Below are positions 13,365-27,164 of a DNA stretch of 64,000 nt, in pieces. The DNA is from the human T2T-CHM13v2.0 reference genome, Homo sapiens. The notes below the pieces were generated by a model. It saw only the letters and a list, made by a program, of their open reading frames with translations, did not search any database and had not been told where the DNA came from. A program made the translations under genes and the position numbers. Where the stretch lies: NCBI RefSeq assembly GCF_009914755.1, contig NC_060948.1. One strand, given 5' to 3'. Position 1 is the first letter of the stretch; every line of letters begins with the position of its first letter.

Positions 13365-13590
13365 GAGGTCAGAGCCTGAGCAACACAGCAAGTCACAATC
13401 TCTACAAAAATAAAAAATAGCCAGGTGTGTGTGTGGTGACACGCACCTGTGGTCCCAGCTACTTGGGATGCTGAGGTAGGAAGATCACGTAAGCCAAGAA
13501 GTTCCAGGCTGTGGTTAGCCATGATGGTACCACAGCACTCCAACCTGGGCAACAAAGATGCTGTCTCAAAAACGAAAATAAAAATACAAA
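13365..13590 (+). mobile_element. AluJ, 5'-truncated
   Basis: cctgtggtcccagctacttggga...cactccaacctgggcaaca; left arm 5' part missing. Confidence 0.9.
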
Positions 13591-14826
13591 AGGAGATAAG
13601 AAAATGTTTCTAAAAGAAAATGAAGGACATAAAAAATCAGGATGCAGATGGCACTAGAATAACAACTAGCATTAAGATGAGGACCAACAAACAAGATTTT
13701 GTTGACAGTAGTAAAAGAAAAAAGTAATGATTGCAAATAAAGTAGGGATAACATGCTAAGCTAAATTGCACACTGTCCAAGGAGAGAAAGCATAATATTT
13801 CCACACATGAGCTTGGATTGTTCTTATTTATAACTGTAGTGTCAGAGGTACTTCCTGGGCTATGACATGAAACAGGCTGTAACAAACAATCACAGAAAAC
13901 ATAGCCCAATTCGGAAACTTCACCATGTGTTATGATGTCTCCAATATGGTGAGTGGAGTGCATTTCACTGACATGATTTTCCAAAGCAGGGCTCAACATT
14001 TGGAAAAATTCTAAACAAAACAATGTACAATGTTACCTCAGTTTTTGCAAATCTCAGACTCTGTATGAAAAAAATACTATATTTTAAAAGTATAGGGTAA
14101 TAAAAATGGCCCTATGAATTTCAAAAATGCTCCATATAGGGCAACACCATCTCCATTCAGAATTATTATAAGTCCTGGAAGTCAATGATAAGATTAGCTC
14201 CTGATTGAACTGAGAAACTACTGCCCTCTGAGGGAATGAGCAGTCAGGGAGCATGTAGAAGGAAGGCAGAAAGAAGGAAAATGAAATATGACAGCTACCA
14301 GGTGAAGCTCAAGAATTAGATATTGAGCCCAAACTCGGAGAGTTATTGACCTACTATTGCTGTGCCCAATTCTGCCCATTATAGCCCCAGGTCTTTTCCA
14401 CCACCCACATGGAGAGCAGATTTTTAGATAACACTCATCATTCCTCATTGGTCACATGATCGCTTTTTGCCAACAGGCTGCATGTAATTTATGCCTTGCT
14501 AGGGCAGCAGGACCGAGCCAAACATGGAGAAAAGAATCATGCACCCAAAGACATTCCTTTATCCTGAAGCATAGCCTAGCAACACTAAGAACCCCTTACT
14601 GCTCTTACTCATAGTGAAAAAGTCAGGTTGATTCTCAAAAATAGGAGTGTATACAGGCTTAACCTACAAATGATTCAGGTAGCATTAATACATTTGCACT
14701 GAGGAAGTTCTTATTTCCTTCCATGCCTTTCACATGTGGGGAGGACTGACTGATCTTGTGAATAGAGGTAGAATGATAGGCAAACAGGTGTGTTCACCCA
14801 CCAGTGCCATTTTCTATGGGCATTAT

Positions 14827-15128
14827 TTTTAATTTTAATTTTTTTTTGAAACAGAGTCTCACTCTATCACCAGGCTGGAATGTAGTGGTGCGATCTTGGC
14901 TCACCACAATCTCGGTCTCCTGGGTTTAAACAATTTTCCTGCTTCAGCCTTCCTAGTGTCTGGGACTACAGGCACTTGCCTCCATGCCCAGGTGATTTTT
15001 ATATTTTTAGTAGACATGGGGTTTCACCATGTTGCCCAGGCTGGTCTCAAACTCCTGACCTCAAATGATCTACCTGCCTTGGCCTCCGAAAATGCTGAGA
15101 TTACAGGCATGAGTCACCGCACCTGGCC
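14827..15128 (-). mobile_element. Alu (S/Jb type), full length
   Basis: acagagtctcactct...gcgatcttggctcac...ctcctgacctcaaatgatc. Confidence 0.95.
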
Positions 15129-15129
15129 T

Positions 15130-15285
15130 TATTTTTTTTTCTTCTTCTTTTTTTCTTTCTTTTTTTTTTTTTTAATAGAGACAAGATCTCACCATATTGC
15201 CAAGGCTGTTCTCTAACTCCTGAGCTCAAAGGATCCTCCCTCCCAAAGTGCTGAGATTACAGGAGTGAGCCACCACTCCCAGCCT
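15130..15285 (-). mobile_element. Alu left monomer (FLAM-like)
   Basis: T-rich tail then tagagacaagatctcacc...cccaaagtgctgagattacagg...cccagcc, with no right arm. Confidence 0.85.
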
Positions 15286-16301
15286 TTTATTTTTATCTGT
15301 TAACACTTGCAGCTCATTCTTGTGAGAGGGAGGTGGTCCTAATTCAAATAATCCATCTCCATTTTAAGTGCAAATATATGCTGGGCCCCAAAGGGGCTGC
15401 CATAACGTGCAATTCAGATGTAGAAAGAAAGAAGGGACTGGCTCCCAGGAAAAGAGGTCATTCAGAGAAAAAGAGAAAATAGAAGGTGCCAGGGGATGTA
15501 AGAAAGAATGGTGACTAAGGCAGCATGAGACATCAACACTGAGATGCTTCAAGAAGGTTGGAACAAAATCAGGAGCAAAACAGCATGGTAGCCCTGCAAT
15601 CTCACCATAGCATCTTCTCAATAGAAGGATTTGCATCTCCAGATGAGTATCAAGGCTTTAAATTACAGTGAGAAAGGTGTGCACAGATCCACGGTTTTCA
15701 GACTCAAAGAACAAGGAAGGTGAGATGTCTCAGCAAACACTGCAAAGAGCTGGGGAGTGATGCCACACAGGTAACTCGGCAAAACTCATCGTGCAAGGAT
15801 GATGAATAGGACTTTTGACAATTCTGTCAAACTTTTTAAATCTTAAGTGACTTGAAATTTCCAGTAATCTTTTCTTTAAAACAAGTGGAATTGCACTTTT
15901 CCATTGTTATGCAAATTACTTTCTCCCAGACATCTATTTACCTGTTACTAGGATTCGCAGGTAATTTCTCCATGCCTTGTGCAGTGGAGGTGGGAAGGAT
16001 ATAAAGTTTATAAATGATGTCTTCAATAAGAAAGTTTAAAGAGCTATTACTCAAAGAAACTATTATAATGTAATACTTTATGTATAAGAGACCTTAACTT
16101 TTCCTTACATTAGGGAAATAGAGAAGTATGATAGGGTTTCAAGTTCTGCCATCAGGTTTTGTTAACAATCGAAAAAACAATACACTGTGTTTTTCCCTAC
16201 CCCAAGATCCAGCAACTTCAAATTTTAAAGATAACTCAATAAACAAAAATGGAGTATCTTTGCTTTTTAAAGAACTGATCTCAGCTTTAAAAAACAAATA
16301 A

Positions 16302-16600
16302 GGGCGGCATGTGATGGCTTATGCCTGTAATCCCAGCATTTTGGGAGGCCAAAATGTGAGGATCACTTAAGCTCAGGAATTCGAGACCAGCCTGGGTCAC
16401 ATAGCAAGACCCAGGCTCTACAAAAATAAATAAATAAATAAGTAAATAAATAAATAAATAGCTTGTTATGATGACAAATGCCTGTGGTCCCAGCACTTCA
16501 GGAGGCTTAGGTAGGAGGTTCACTTGAGCCCAGAAGGTCAAGGCTGCAGTGAGCTATACTGCACTAATACATTCCAGCCTGGGTAACAGGGAGACAAGAC
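16302..16600 (+). mobile_element. AluJ with (TAAA)n middle linker
   Basis: tgcctgtaatcccagca...ttgagcccagaaggtcaaggctgcagtgagcta. Confidence 0.93.
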
Positions 16601-16826
16601 AAGGAAAAAAGGAAGAAAAGAAGGAAGGGAAGGAAGGAGGGAGGGAGGGAGGGAGGGAAGGAGGGAGGGAGGGGATAGGAAAGAAAGAAGGAAAGAAAGG
16701 GAAGGAATGAATGAAGGAAGGAAAAGGAGAGAGGGAAGGATGAAAGAAAAGAAAGAAAAAGAGAGGAGGGAGAAAGGGAAGAAGGGAGAGAGGAAGTAAA
16801 GAGAAGGAAGGAAAGAAGGAGAGAAA
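16601..16826. repeat. Polypurine (GGAA/GGGA/GAAA)n tract derived from Alu tail
   Basis: ~225 bp of nearly pure A/G. Confidence 0.95.
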
Positions 16827-19109
16827 CTTGGTTCTTAGAATCTGCTGAGAGGCTTAAACATAAACACAAATAAACTTAAACACAAACAATATAAGGGGAT
16901 ATCTAAGAGAAAAAGATTCAACTATGGCCTTTTTTAAATCCTGAAGGGCTTTGTAACTCTTCCGAAAACTTCATTATAAACAGCTCAAGGCCCTCTTGGT
17001 TAATGCTTAAAAAAACAAACAGTTTTCAGTATCCTCCCAAAGAAGGGTCTCCTGCAACCCATCCAATAGTCAGTCCAACAAAATGTTTAAGATGAGAAAA
17101 ATCCTCTTACTCTTTCATTTCCAGCTGTAGGGCATAGCAAGAAATTGGAAAATAGAAAAATGGAATCTGGTGACACTTGAGACTAATGCCCCAATCTCCT
17201 GCTTCTGGTCTTTCCAGCGGCCAGTCCACATCCTCTCAGCATCCTTATTCAACTATCACTCTTGTATTGCTGTAGTAGGTCACAGGTCAGACTATGGGGG
17301 TGGCTTTTCGGTTTGGGTGTGTCTTTTGATGTGTATTCTGCAGATTCAGCCCAGTGTGACTGTCAGGAGACTCGTGATTTACCAATTCTCATGGATTGGC
17401 CAAGTCATATTGAAAATTGGGTTAACTCAAAGATGCGAGTGGCCAGCCCTATGCTACACTTTGTATTGTTTCCAAGGGAGTTCACATGAAGGAGTCAGAA
17501 GGAGTCACATCTGGGCTTCAGGGTCATCAAAGGGAGGAGTTTTTGAAAAGCATTGGCTCATCCTTAGCTGTCATTACAGGTAAAATTCGAGAGGTGAGGC
17601 AGCACCACGGACAGCTCCGAGATACCCATTCTCCCAACGCGGTTCCCTCTCCTCTTGAACCTGGGTTCTCATTCTGGTTGGTCCAGACACCTAGGACTTA
17701 ACATAACAACTTGAGAACATCAGCCCATATTGCCACTTTGTGCCACGTGGCACCAGGTTACTTTTTTTTATTGCATGTTCCGATGACTTTCTCATTAGTA
17801 AACTATTCTGGCACCCAGTTCAACATACTATCTGAAACCATACAAATATTTTTCTTCTCTCTCTTACAATGAAATGCGAGCCATCTTTTCATGCAAGACT
17901 CATTTTTCTAGTTTTTCTGGAAAAAACTCTCAGTTTTTCAGAAAATTCTTTCAACTACTACCCACCCCCACCTCCCAAATCGCCACGACTGCCACCAACT
18001 ATATCATATACTGAGGTGAGGTACAGTGGGTCAGGAGCAGTGGGGGTTTTGATTATTTTCATGGTTGCTTCAAATTTGTTTTAATGTTAATAATAAAAGG
18101 TCTACCTCTCAACTAACCAATGGGCAAATAAACCCCTCTAAATTCCAGAAGAAACAATAAAATATTTGATGGCCTGTGGGGGGAAGCATTAAACAAAAAA
18201 TGACAAAGCTGGGAAAAGAAAATGTGGGGTTTTTTTGCTATAAGCCTTTTTAAAATGAGATCTGACTTTTAAAATTATTTTTGTGTAATTTTTCAGATAA
18301 AATTAAGTACAACATTCTGCTTCCTAATCGTTTGAGAACAAAAGCTAAAGGGATCTTTTGAAATGTGATTATGTTACTCCTCTTTTTAAAAATTTTCAGC
18401 ACAACTAAAAACACCCTTAAAATAAAGATGCTGCTCTAGAGCTTACTGGTGTTTCAATTTCTCCTCATCTCTTCTTTCTCTCCTGGAGTTGAGATTAGGG
18501 ACCTCTTTACCTATTTCCATAGCAGTTTGGACTTCTCCTTTCAAGTCAGAATGTTTCTGTGTCTCCTTTAAACTCCAGGTTCCCTGGACATAGACACTTT
18601 TCCTTGTTGCTATTGATGATTGTTTCAGGGACAACACCATGGCTGCATGTTTATTAAATTAATGAACAGACATTTCTTCTTTCCTTTCCCTGAGCAATTC
18701 TTAGGGAAAAAAACTCAGATTGTAAAAAAGCCACCTCAATGATAACTTACTGAAAATGAAAAAGAAAATGAAACAAATCTAACCTGTCCATTTAGCAAAG
18801 TGATGAACATAACATGCCCCAAATATGCCTCATTCTTCTCTGGAAAAAAAGATTCTCATTCCAGCTCTTCTCCCAGTCCACTTTGTTGTAAACAAGGGAA
18901 AAATACATAAAAAGGTACTTCTATGGGAAAAAACTGCAAACAACAGACGTTAACTACATCAGTCACAGTCATTTAAACTGAAAAGCCAAAATTAAAAGGT
19001 GGGTTATTTCCATTTTTTTTTCCCAGTCCAGCAAGTTTCAAAGATCAGTCCTTGAATTTGATTTATCAAAGAGAGATAAAGAATTTGTTAAAGAACAACA
19101 ACAAAAGAA

Positions 19110-19236
19110 AAAAAAGCAATTCAGGGCCTCGTGGCTAACTTCCTAAATCAGAATCTCTAAGGGTGTGACCTAGAAATGAGCAATCTCTAACATTTCCTCA
19201 TGGAATTCTGATATATGTCCAGGTGTGAGAAACTAG
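19110..19236. mobile_element. MER5-type hAT-Charlie fragment
   Basis: ctaaatcagaatctct...gaattctgatatatgtccaggtgtgagaaact. Confidence 0.6.
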
Positions 19237-19284
19237 AATACAGCCCACTCTCCATAAAAAATGTGGATAGACTTGTGGCATTCC

Positions 19285-19512
19285 TGAGAGGCAGTCATTT
19301 GGTCTCTGCTTGAAATCCTCTAATTAAGAACTCACTGTTTGCACAGAAGTGTATTCTATTTTCAGAAACCTCAAATCGTTGAAATATACTTACTACTTTA
19401 AATGAACTATATGAAATCCTCCCATAACTTTTACTCATTGTCACTTATTTACTCTTGGAGAATCAATAGAACAAATCTAAACCTTCCTTGCCATTTAAAC
19501 CCATTTATGTAT
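19285..19512 (-). mobile_element. L3/CR1 LINE fragment (continues at ~20734-20770)
   Basis: ctctgcttgaaa...aactcact...cctcccataactttt...agaacaaatctaa; resumes as tatttgaaaagagctaccatgt after the Alu. Confidence 0.6.
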
Positions 19513-20733
<1,221 letters not shown>

Positions 20734-20790
20734 TTAAGCCCTTTACGTATTTGAAAAGAGCTACCATGTTGTATTAATTATCTGTTATTA

Positions 20791-21016
20791 CCTGTAACCT
20801 CTCCTTCCTGGGCCCAAGAGATTCTTCTGCCTCAGTCTCCCTGAGTAACTGGGATTACAGAAGTGCACCATCATACCTGGCTAATGTTTGTTTTTTAAGT
20901 AGAGACGGGGTTTCATCATGTTGCCCAGGCTGGTCTCAAACTCTTGACCTCAGATGATCTGCCCACTTCAGCCTCCCAAATTGCTGGGATTACAGGTGTG
21001 AGGAACTGCACCAGCC
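20791..21016 (-). mobile_element. Alu lacking 3' end and tail
   Basis: Begins mid right arm (ctgtaacctc); agagacggggtttcatcatgttg; gggattacaggtgtgag. Confidence 0.9.
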
Positions 21017-21090
21017 TTTTTGAGGTCCATCCATGTTGTATCACATATCAGTACTTCCTTCCTTTTTATGACTGAACAATGTTACATCCC
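21017..21090 (-). mobile_element. L1M 3' UTR fragment
   Basis: tttgaggtccatccatgttgtatcacatatcagtacttccttcctttttatgactgaa. Confidence 0.7.
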
Positions 21091-21410
21091 CTTCAATTTT
21101 TAATCTTCTATCATGTATATATCAAATAAAGACCACTCGACTTTCACATGCAGTTTTTTGTTTGTTACACTCTGGCTCACAGACTACTTTTATCCCAGAG
21201 CAATTGTGATGCATACACACTTTAAAGAAATTAAGACTCCAACTTTCAAAACATTCTGAATCAGAAAAAAAGCAAAAAAAAAAAAATCTGCTAGAAATGT
21301 GGAACTACTTATTAACAATCACCTCAGATTACAAAGATTGGTCTGTGTAATTTTTTACAATTTGAAAATTTAAATCTAGTTTTTCAATCCAGTGCTAAGC
21401 CTTTTATGTA

Positions 21411-21840
21411 TAGAGCTGATCCTTTAACACTGCAGAGCTTAGGGGCAACAACTCCCTGTTTAGTCAAAAATTTAAGTATAACTTTTATCTCTCCAAAAGC
21501 TTAACCACTAACAGCCTACTATTGATGAGAAGCTTTACTGATAATATAAATGATGAATTAACATATATTTCATGTATTGTATGGTTATATACTGTATTAT
21601 TGCAATGAAATAATCTAGGGAAAATAAAATGTTATTAAGAAAGTCATAAGAAAGAGAAACTGTATTTACTATTCATTTGGTGGAAGTGGATCATCATAAA
21701 TGTCTTCCTCCTTGTTCTCATATTGAAGAGGCTGAAGAGGAGGAGGAAAAGGAGGTGTTAGTCTTGCTGTCACAGGGGAGCAGAGGTGGAAGGAAGTCTA
21801 TTGATAAGTAGTTCCTCAAACTCTTTGTTCAATAAAGTTA
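21411..21840 (-). mobile_element. Tigger2a-like DNA transposon
   Basis: acagcctactattga, gtggaagtggatcatcataaa, ggctgaagaggaggagg, gtcttgctgtc. Confidence 0.85.
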
Positions 21841-21968
21841 AAAGTTAAAGAAAGGTAAAGAAGACAAACAAATGTGCAGTATCTATTTCAAGTTCAACTC
21901 TCTAGTTTGCAAGAGTAAAACTGACACCTTGATATAATTTCATGAGACTTAGTTTTTTAAATGAATTG

Positions 21969-22395
21969 TAGTACACTCTTGAACAATGAGTTTAAGCTAT
22001 GAGGATCTCCTTATCAGTGGATTTCCTTCCACCTCTGCACCCCTGCAACAGTAAGACTAACCCCTCCTCTTCCTCCTCCTCTTCAGCCTCCTTAAAGTGA
22101 GAACCAGGAGGATGAACACCTTATGATGATCCACTTCCACTTAATGAATAGTAAATGTATTTTCTCCTCCTTCTGACTTTCTTGACAACATTTGTTTTTC
22201 TCTAGCTTACTTCATTACTATAATGCAGCGTATAATGCATATAATTTATAAATCCCATATTTTAATTGACCATTTATCTTATCAGTAAGGCTTCTGGTCA
22301 GCAGTAGGCTGTTACTAGTTTAAGTTTTTAAGGAACCAAATTTATACTTGAATTTTTGACTACACAGAGGTTGATGTCCCTAACCTCTGCAATTT
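21969..22395 (+). mobile_element. Tigger2a-like DNA transposon
   Basis: cttgaacaa, cccctcctcttcctcctcct, tatgatgatccacttccacttaatgaatagtaaat, gtaaggcttctggtcagcagtaggct. Confidence 0.88.
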
Positions 22396-23136
22396 GCTGA
22401 GTTTCACTCGATGCCCTCATAGAGCTGGTAGCCTTCCCTTCCCTGTGATAGATGTTTATCCATGCTATGTCCTACAAGCCCCCAATCCCCATTAGATACT
22501 GAGTCTTTAGTTTGACTTACCCATCTATATTCAATGCAAACATCACTCTGAGAGGCCACAACACTTTTGACCAGTATTTTTAAAAATGCAGTGAGGGGAA
22601 CAGTTGTTTTGAAAGACACTAACAGATACTTGGATTGGGGATAGGGGAGGAGGTATTGTGATCCAATGAGTCTAAAAAATTCTGAATTAAACAAACTTCA
22701 ACTTTAATCTTTACTGCCAAGATTTTCTGATTTTCACATCTTCAGTACACTAATGCTCTAGGTTAGGGGTGGATATTAGAATATTTCTTGGTTTTATTTG
22801 GTCTCAGAAACCTTTCTTCAACAACCTTCTCCCAGGGCTAAGTTTCCTCAGTGCAAGTGCTCTCAGTCCTTGTCAGATATTTATATCTTCGAATGAAAAA
22901 TATATCTACCAGCAAATGTGGCTAGCATTTGTGGTGTGAGCTAAAGAGAACTGAGCTCAGAAAGGGACATGCAGACATTAACAAGGCTTCCAGGAAGCCT
23001 GCAGCTTTAAGACCAGAGGAAGTGAAGATAAACTTGTCTACTTTCTAATATTGCAACATCTTTTCTCCTACATGCACGTGGACTCTCCAGGAATTACCAA
23101 TGTCGTGGATGTGCAATAGGAAAAAGAAAGCTGCTA

Positions 23137-23490
23137 TGTTGAAAGAAGGGTTGGAGGTAAACTGGACACTAAGGAAAGCAAAGATCACCTGGTGACCACC
23201 AAGCAGGTGACCATCCAGAGACAAAATCTCCTAATCAGAGGGATTTAGAAGTAATTAGATGCCCTATTATCTACAATCAACATCTGATTGCAGGTTTCTT
23301 TTCAACTTACAATTTATAAATAACTAGAATTTCTACACATTTCTGGAATGCATGCACACCAAAATTTCTTCCACAACCCTTGCTGACATTAAGGCAGCAA
23401 AATGTCTATAAATGCAATCATTTATTATGCAAAATACCAGCTCCTGCTTTAAGGTCCATAACTTCTCCTAACCACTTTCCAATGCAGCAG
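23137..23490 (+). mobile_element. ERV1-class LTR fragment (family uncertain)
   Basis: aaagatcacctggtgacca, tttagaagtaattaga, taactagaatttcta, caacccttgctgacat recalled from ERV1 LTRs. Confidence 0.6.
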
Positions 23491-23524
23491 CTCTGACATC
23501 TTGTGTGTCAGGCACCTCTCCGTC

Positions 23525-23707
23525 TGTGATGATTAATTTATTTCATGTGTCAACTTGACAGGTCCAGGGTGCCCTAATAATTGATTAAATGTTATTTTGG
23601 GTGTAAACATGTGAGTGTGTTTCAGGATGAGATTAACATTTGAATCAGAGGCTGAGGAAAGCAGATAGCCCTCCCTGCTGTGGGTAGCCCTCATCTAGTC
23701 CATTGAT
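23525..23707 (+). mobile_element. MLT2 (ERVL LTR) 5' fragment
   Basis: tgtgatgattaattt...tgtcaacttgac...gatgagattaacatttgaatcag...aagcagatagccctcc. Confidence 0.85.
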
Positions 23708-24271
23708 TTCCTGTCTGATTTCTGCCACTTTGACTTAAGTAAGCCAGTTAAGAAGGCAGATGTTCTAGCATTCATATGTAAATTGAAATTAAACTGAAAT
23801 GTGTTTATACCTTGTATTAAACAGTTTTAAAATAACCATGGCTAGTTAGATGGTTTTGATCTGGCTGCTATTATGAATTACAGATATACCAAATGAAAGA
23901 ATGTGCGTATTCCCTACTAATGTGTTTAGAACAAAAGCAAGAGGTTAAAATCTGAGGAAATTTAGTGAAAATTGATTTATTTGTTTAAAAAGCAAACAAA
24001 ACAACACCACCACACTACCAAGAGCATTTATCCTGGAGCATGGGAAATACTTTTAAGCAGAGAGAATGAAGAATAAAAGTGTTCTCCCAAAGGAATATGA
24101 ACCATAGAATAATCAGAATATAATGTGACAAACTGGGGAACCTGATGGAAGCCAATATTTGGAGGAGCACACGAGGGGTTGATAAAGTTGTACTCATAGA
24201 ATTTTTTCTGAGTAGAGGGAGAGAACCATGGAAATTGAGATATTTAAATACACTTGTTGACCATGATTTAA

Positions 24272-24588
<317 letters not shown>

Positions 24589-24659
24589 AATGACAGGGAT
24601 TTAGAAATGAGATGTAAATATGCCTCTTGGCCCTCTACGCCCTCCTACATATCTTTGGC

Positions 24660-24718
24660 TACCATATATTGAACACTCACCCTGTGCCAGCCTTTATTAC
24701 AGGTTATTACTCATTGAG
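24660..24718 (-). mobile_element. MIR piece 1 (3' end)
   Basis: tattgaacactcaccctgtgccag...attactcatt. Confidence 0.55.
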
Positions 24719-24720
24719 AT

Positions 24721-25760
24721 TGTAAATAACTTGTCCAGTCTTTGTCCTGGGTTCCCACCAAAGAACTTCTAAAATCCTTGGGATTTCCTGAGAGAAGGGG
24801 GTCTTTCTTATGCTAATGAGGTGACTCAGGGTGCACTGAAGTTAATAGCAATAGGATGGGGGCTGATCACAAGAAAGACCAACCATGTGATTGGGGGGTT
24901 GGGGGGATTTTCATCTGCCTGACCTCTGGGGATGGCAGACAGCAGATGAAAGTCAACAACGCGGCTAATACTTAATTGATCATGCTTACCAAACCAAACA
25001 TGGATAAGAACTCTGGACACTGAAGCTCAGTAGAGCTTCCTGGCTGGTGAATACCTTGACATGCTGGGAGAAGGAAGTACCCTGATTCCATGGAGAGAGG
25101 GCACTAAAGCTCTAAATTCACTCCTGGATCTTGCATATATGTACACCTTTTTTTTTTTCTTGTCTCTTTTATTATTATTTTTTTATACAGGGCCTCTCTC
25201 CACCATCCAGGCTGGAGTGCAGTGGCACAATGATGGCTCACTGCAGTCTTGAACCCCTGGGCTCAAGCCATCCTCCCACCTCAGCCACTTGCATAGCTGG
25301 GACCACAGTTACACACACCATCATGCCCCGCTTATTTTGTTTGTTTGTTTTGTGTGATGAGGCACCCTATGTTGCCAAGGCTGGTCTCAAACTCTTGGCC
25401 TCAAGCAATTCTCTCACCTTAGCTTTCCAAAGTGCCAGGATTACAGATGTAAGCCCCTGCACCCAGCTTATGTGTATCTTTTACAATAAAACTGTAATGG
25501 TTAAGTATAGTGATTCCTAAGTTTAGTGGATTCTAGTGAATTACAAAACTTGAGGGGTTCACAGGAATGCCTGAATTTATAGTAAGTTGGTACAAAGTGC
25601 AGGTGGCCTGGAGACCAACAGAGTGTGGCTGGTGTCCGTAATATGAGAAGTCTTCTTGAGGATTAAACTCTTTAACTTGCGGTGTCTGAACTAACTCTGG
25701 ACGATTAGAGCCAAAGCTGAATGGCAGTACACCCAGATGTAGTTGCAACAGAATTATACC
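24721..25760 (+). mobile_element. MER21C-like LTR, interrupted by an Alu
   Basis: ttctaaaatccttgggatttcctga, agaaagaccaaccatgtgatt, gagcttcctggctggtgaa, tacaataaaactgtaat. Confidence 0.8.
25148..25467 (-). mobile_element. AluJ nested in MER21C
   Basis: caggctggagtgcagtggcacaa...gggctcaagccatcctcccacc. Confidence 0.92.
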
Positions 25761-26107
25761 TGATAGGGTTTCACTCATTTTGAATTTTAGCTCCTATAAT
25801 TTCCACATGCCAGTGGAGGTAACTGAATCACGGAGGCAGGTCTTTCCTAGGCTATTTTCATGATAGTGAATAAGTCTCACAAGATCGGATGATTTTAGGA
25901 AGGGCAGTTCCCCTGCACACACTCTCTTGCCTGCATCCATGCAGCATGTGACTTTGCTCCTCCTTTGCCTTCTGCCATGATTGTGAGGCCTTCCCAGCCA
26001 AGCAGAACTGTGAGTCCATTAAACTGTTTCTTTATAAATTACTTTCCTTTATAAATTACCCAGCCTTGTGTATATCTTTCTTAGCAGTGTGAGAACAGAC
26101 TAATATA
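25761..26107 (+). mobile_element. THE1C/D-like MaLR solo LTR
   Basis: tgataggg...gatagtgaataagtctcacaagat...gagaacagactaatata; flanks atacc/acacc. Confidence 0.9.
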
Positions 26108-26145
26108 ACACCCCAGTGAACGTATACTCCCATTACCATTGGAGG

Positions 26146-26859
26146 TGAAACTGCCTTTGCAAAATTATGACAGAGGAGAAAACTGACATAGTTAACTCCA
26201 TCTTGCTTCTAAACTCCAAGTTACCTTGGTGATTCCTGGACGTAGGTCAAGCTAACTTTAGGAGAAATTTAGTTTGCGGTTTGACATTAAAGCAGGTATG
26301 ATTCCTCAAAATTTTAACCTGCCTTCCCCAAAGCTAAACCACCTTTGAAAGGCCACAAAAATAGAATTATGGCAAGGACTTGAACTCTGCTAAGATGTAG
26401 GCGTAGATTCTATAATTCTTTACTGCTCAGGGATCATGTGGCCAGAGGTCACAAGACATGTGACCTTTGCAACTGCTCCCATAGAAAACATCACTATTGT
26501 AGAAGCTAAGATTCTTTTTTTCAGAGTTGTTTTTCAGACGGACCCCAGCAGAACTCATGACTCATGACTTAGCTGGTCCTGTGGCCCCACCCAGAGGTGG
26601 ATTCAGTGCATGAGGACCGTTTTCCATACCCCTGTGATTTCACCCCCTGCCAATCAGCAGCACCCATTTCCTAATCCCCTGCCTGCCAAATTGTCCATAA
26701 AAATATTATCCTCCAAGGGACACAATTGAGTGATAACTCTGTTTCTCCCTCATAGGTCAGCCTCACATCAATTAAACTCTCTCTGTACTGCAATACTGTA
26801 TTTCAGCGAATTGATTTTTGCCTGTGCAGTGGACAGGAAGAATTCATGATGCAATTATA
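26146..26859 (+). mobile_element. LTR8A-like ERV1 solo LTR
   Basis: Starts tgaaactgcctttgcaaaattatgac; actccatcttgcttcta; ccaatcagcagcaccca; attaaactct. Confidence 0.85.
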
Positions 26860-26981
26860 GATAGATGTTATAAATCCCGTTTTGCAGATGCAGAAACTGA
26901 AGCACAGAATAAATAATAACCTCAATGTCAGAGAGTAGATGAGCCAGGCTTCAGACCCATGCAGCTCCATTTCAAGCCCAT
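26860..26981 (-). mobile_element. MIR core piece (ends at ~27600-27635 after the Alu cluster)
   Basis: cccgttttgcagatgcagaaactgaagcacaga. Confidence 0.75.
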
Positions 26982-26987
26982 ATCCTA

Positions 26988-26989
<2 letters not shown>

Positions 26990-27025
<36 letters not shown>
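26990..27025. repeat. (ATT)12 microsatellite, probably Y-STR DYS492
   Basis: 12 ATT units counted; flanks agatgagccaggcttcagac and cattgtgcctgacccctact match the DYS492 primer pair as I recall it. Confidence 0.8.
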
Positions 27026-27141
27026 GATAGAGAGTCTTTCCATGTTGCTCAGGCTAGTCTCAAACTCCTGAGCTGACATGATCCTTCCTCCTCAGCCTCC
27101 AAAAAACCTGGGGTAACAAGTGCGAGCCATTGTGCCTGACC
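27026..27141 (-). mobile_element. Alu left monomer (FLAM-like) whose tail is the ATT repeat
   Basis: catgttgctcaggctagtctcaaactcctg...gagccattgtgcctgacc. Confidence 0.85.
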
Positions 27142-27164
27142 CCTACTTTTTCTCCTTATTACTT

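Noticed and set aside
16564-16869. Leu/Ser/Phe/Pro-rich ORF resembling a membrane protein
   Set aside because: Polypyrimidine strand of the GGAA tract.
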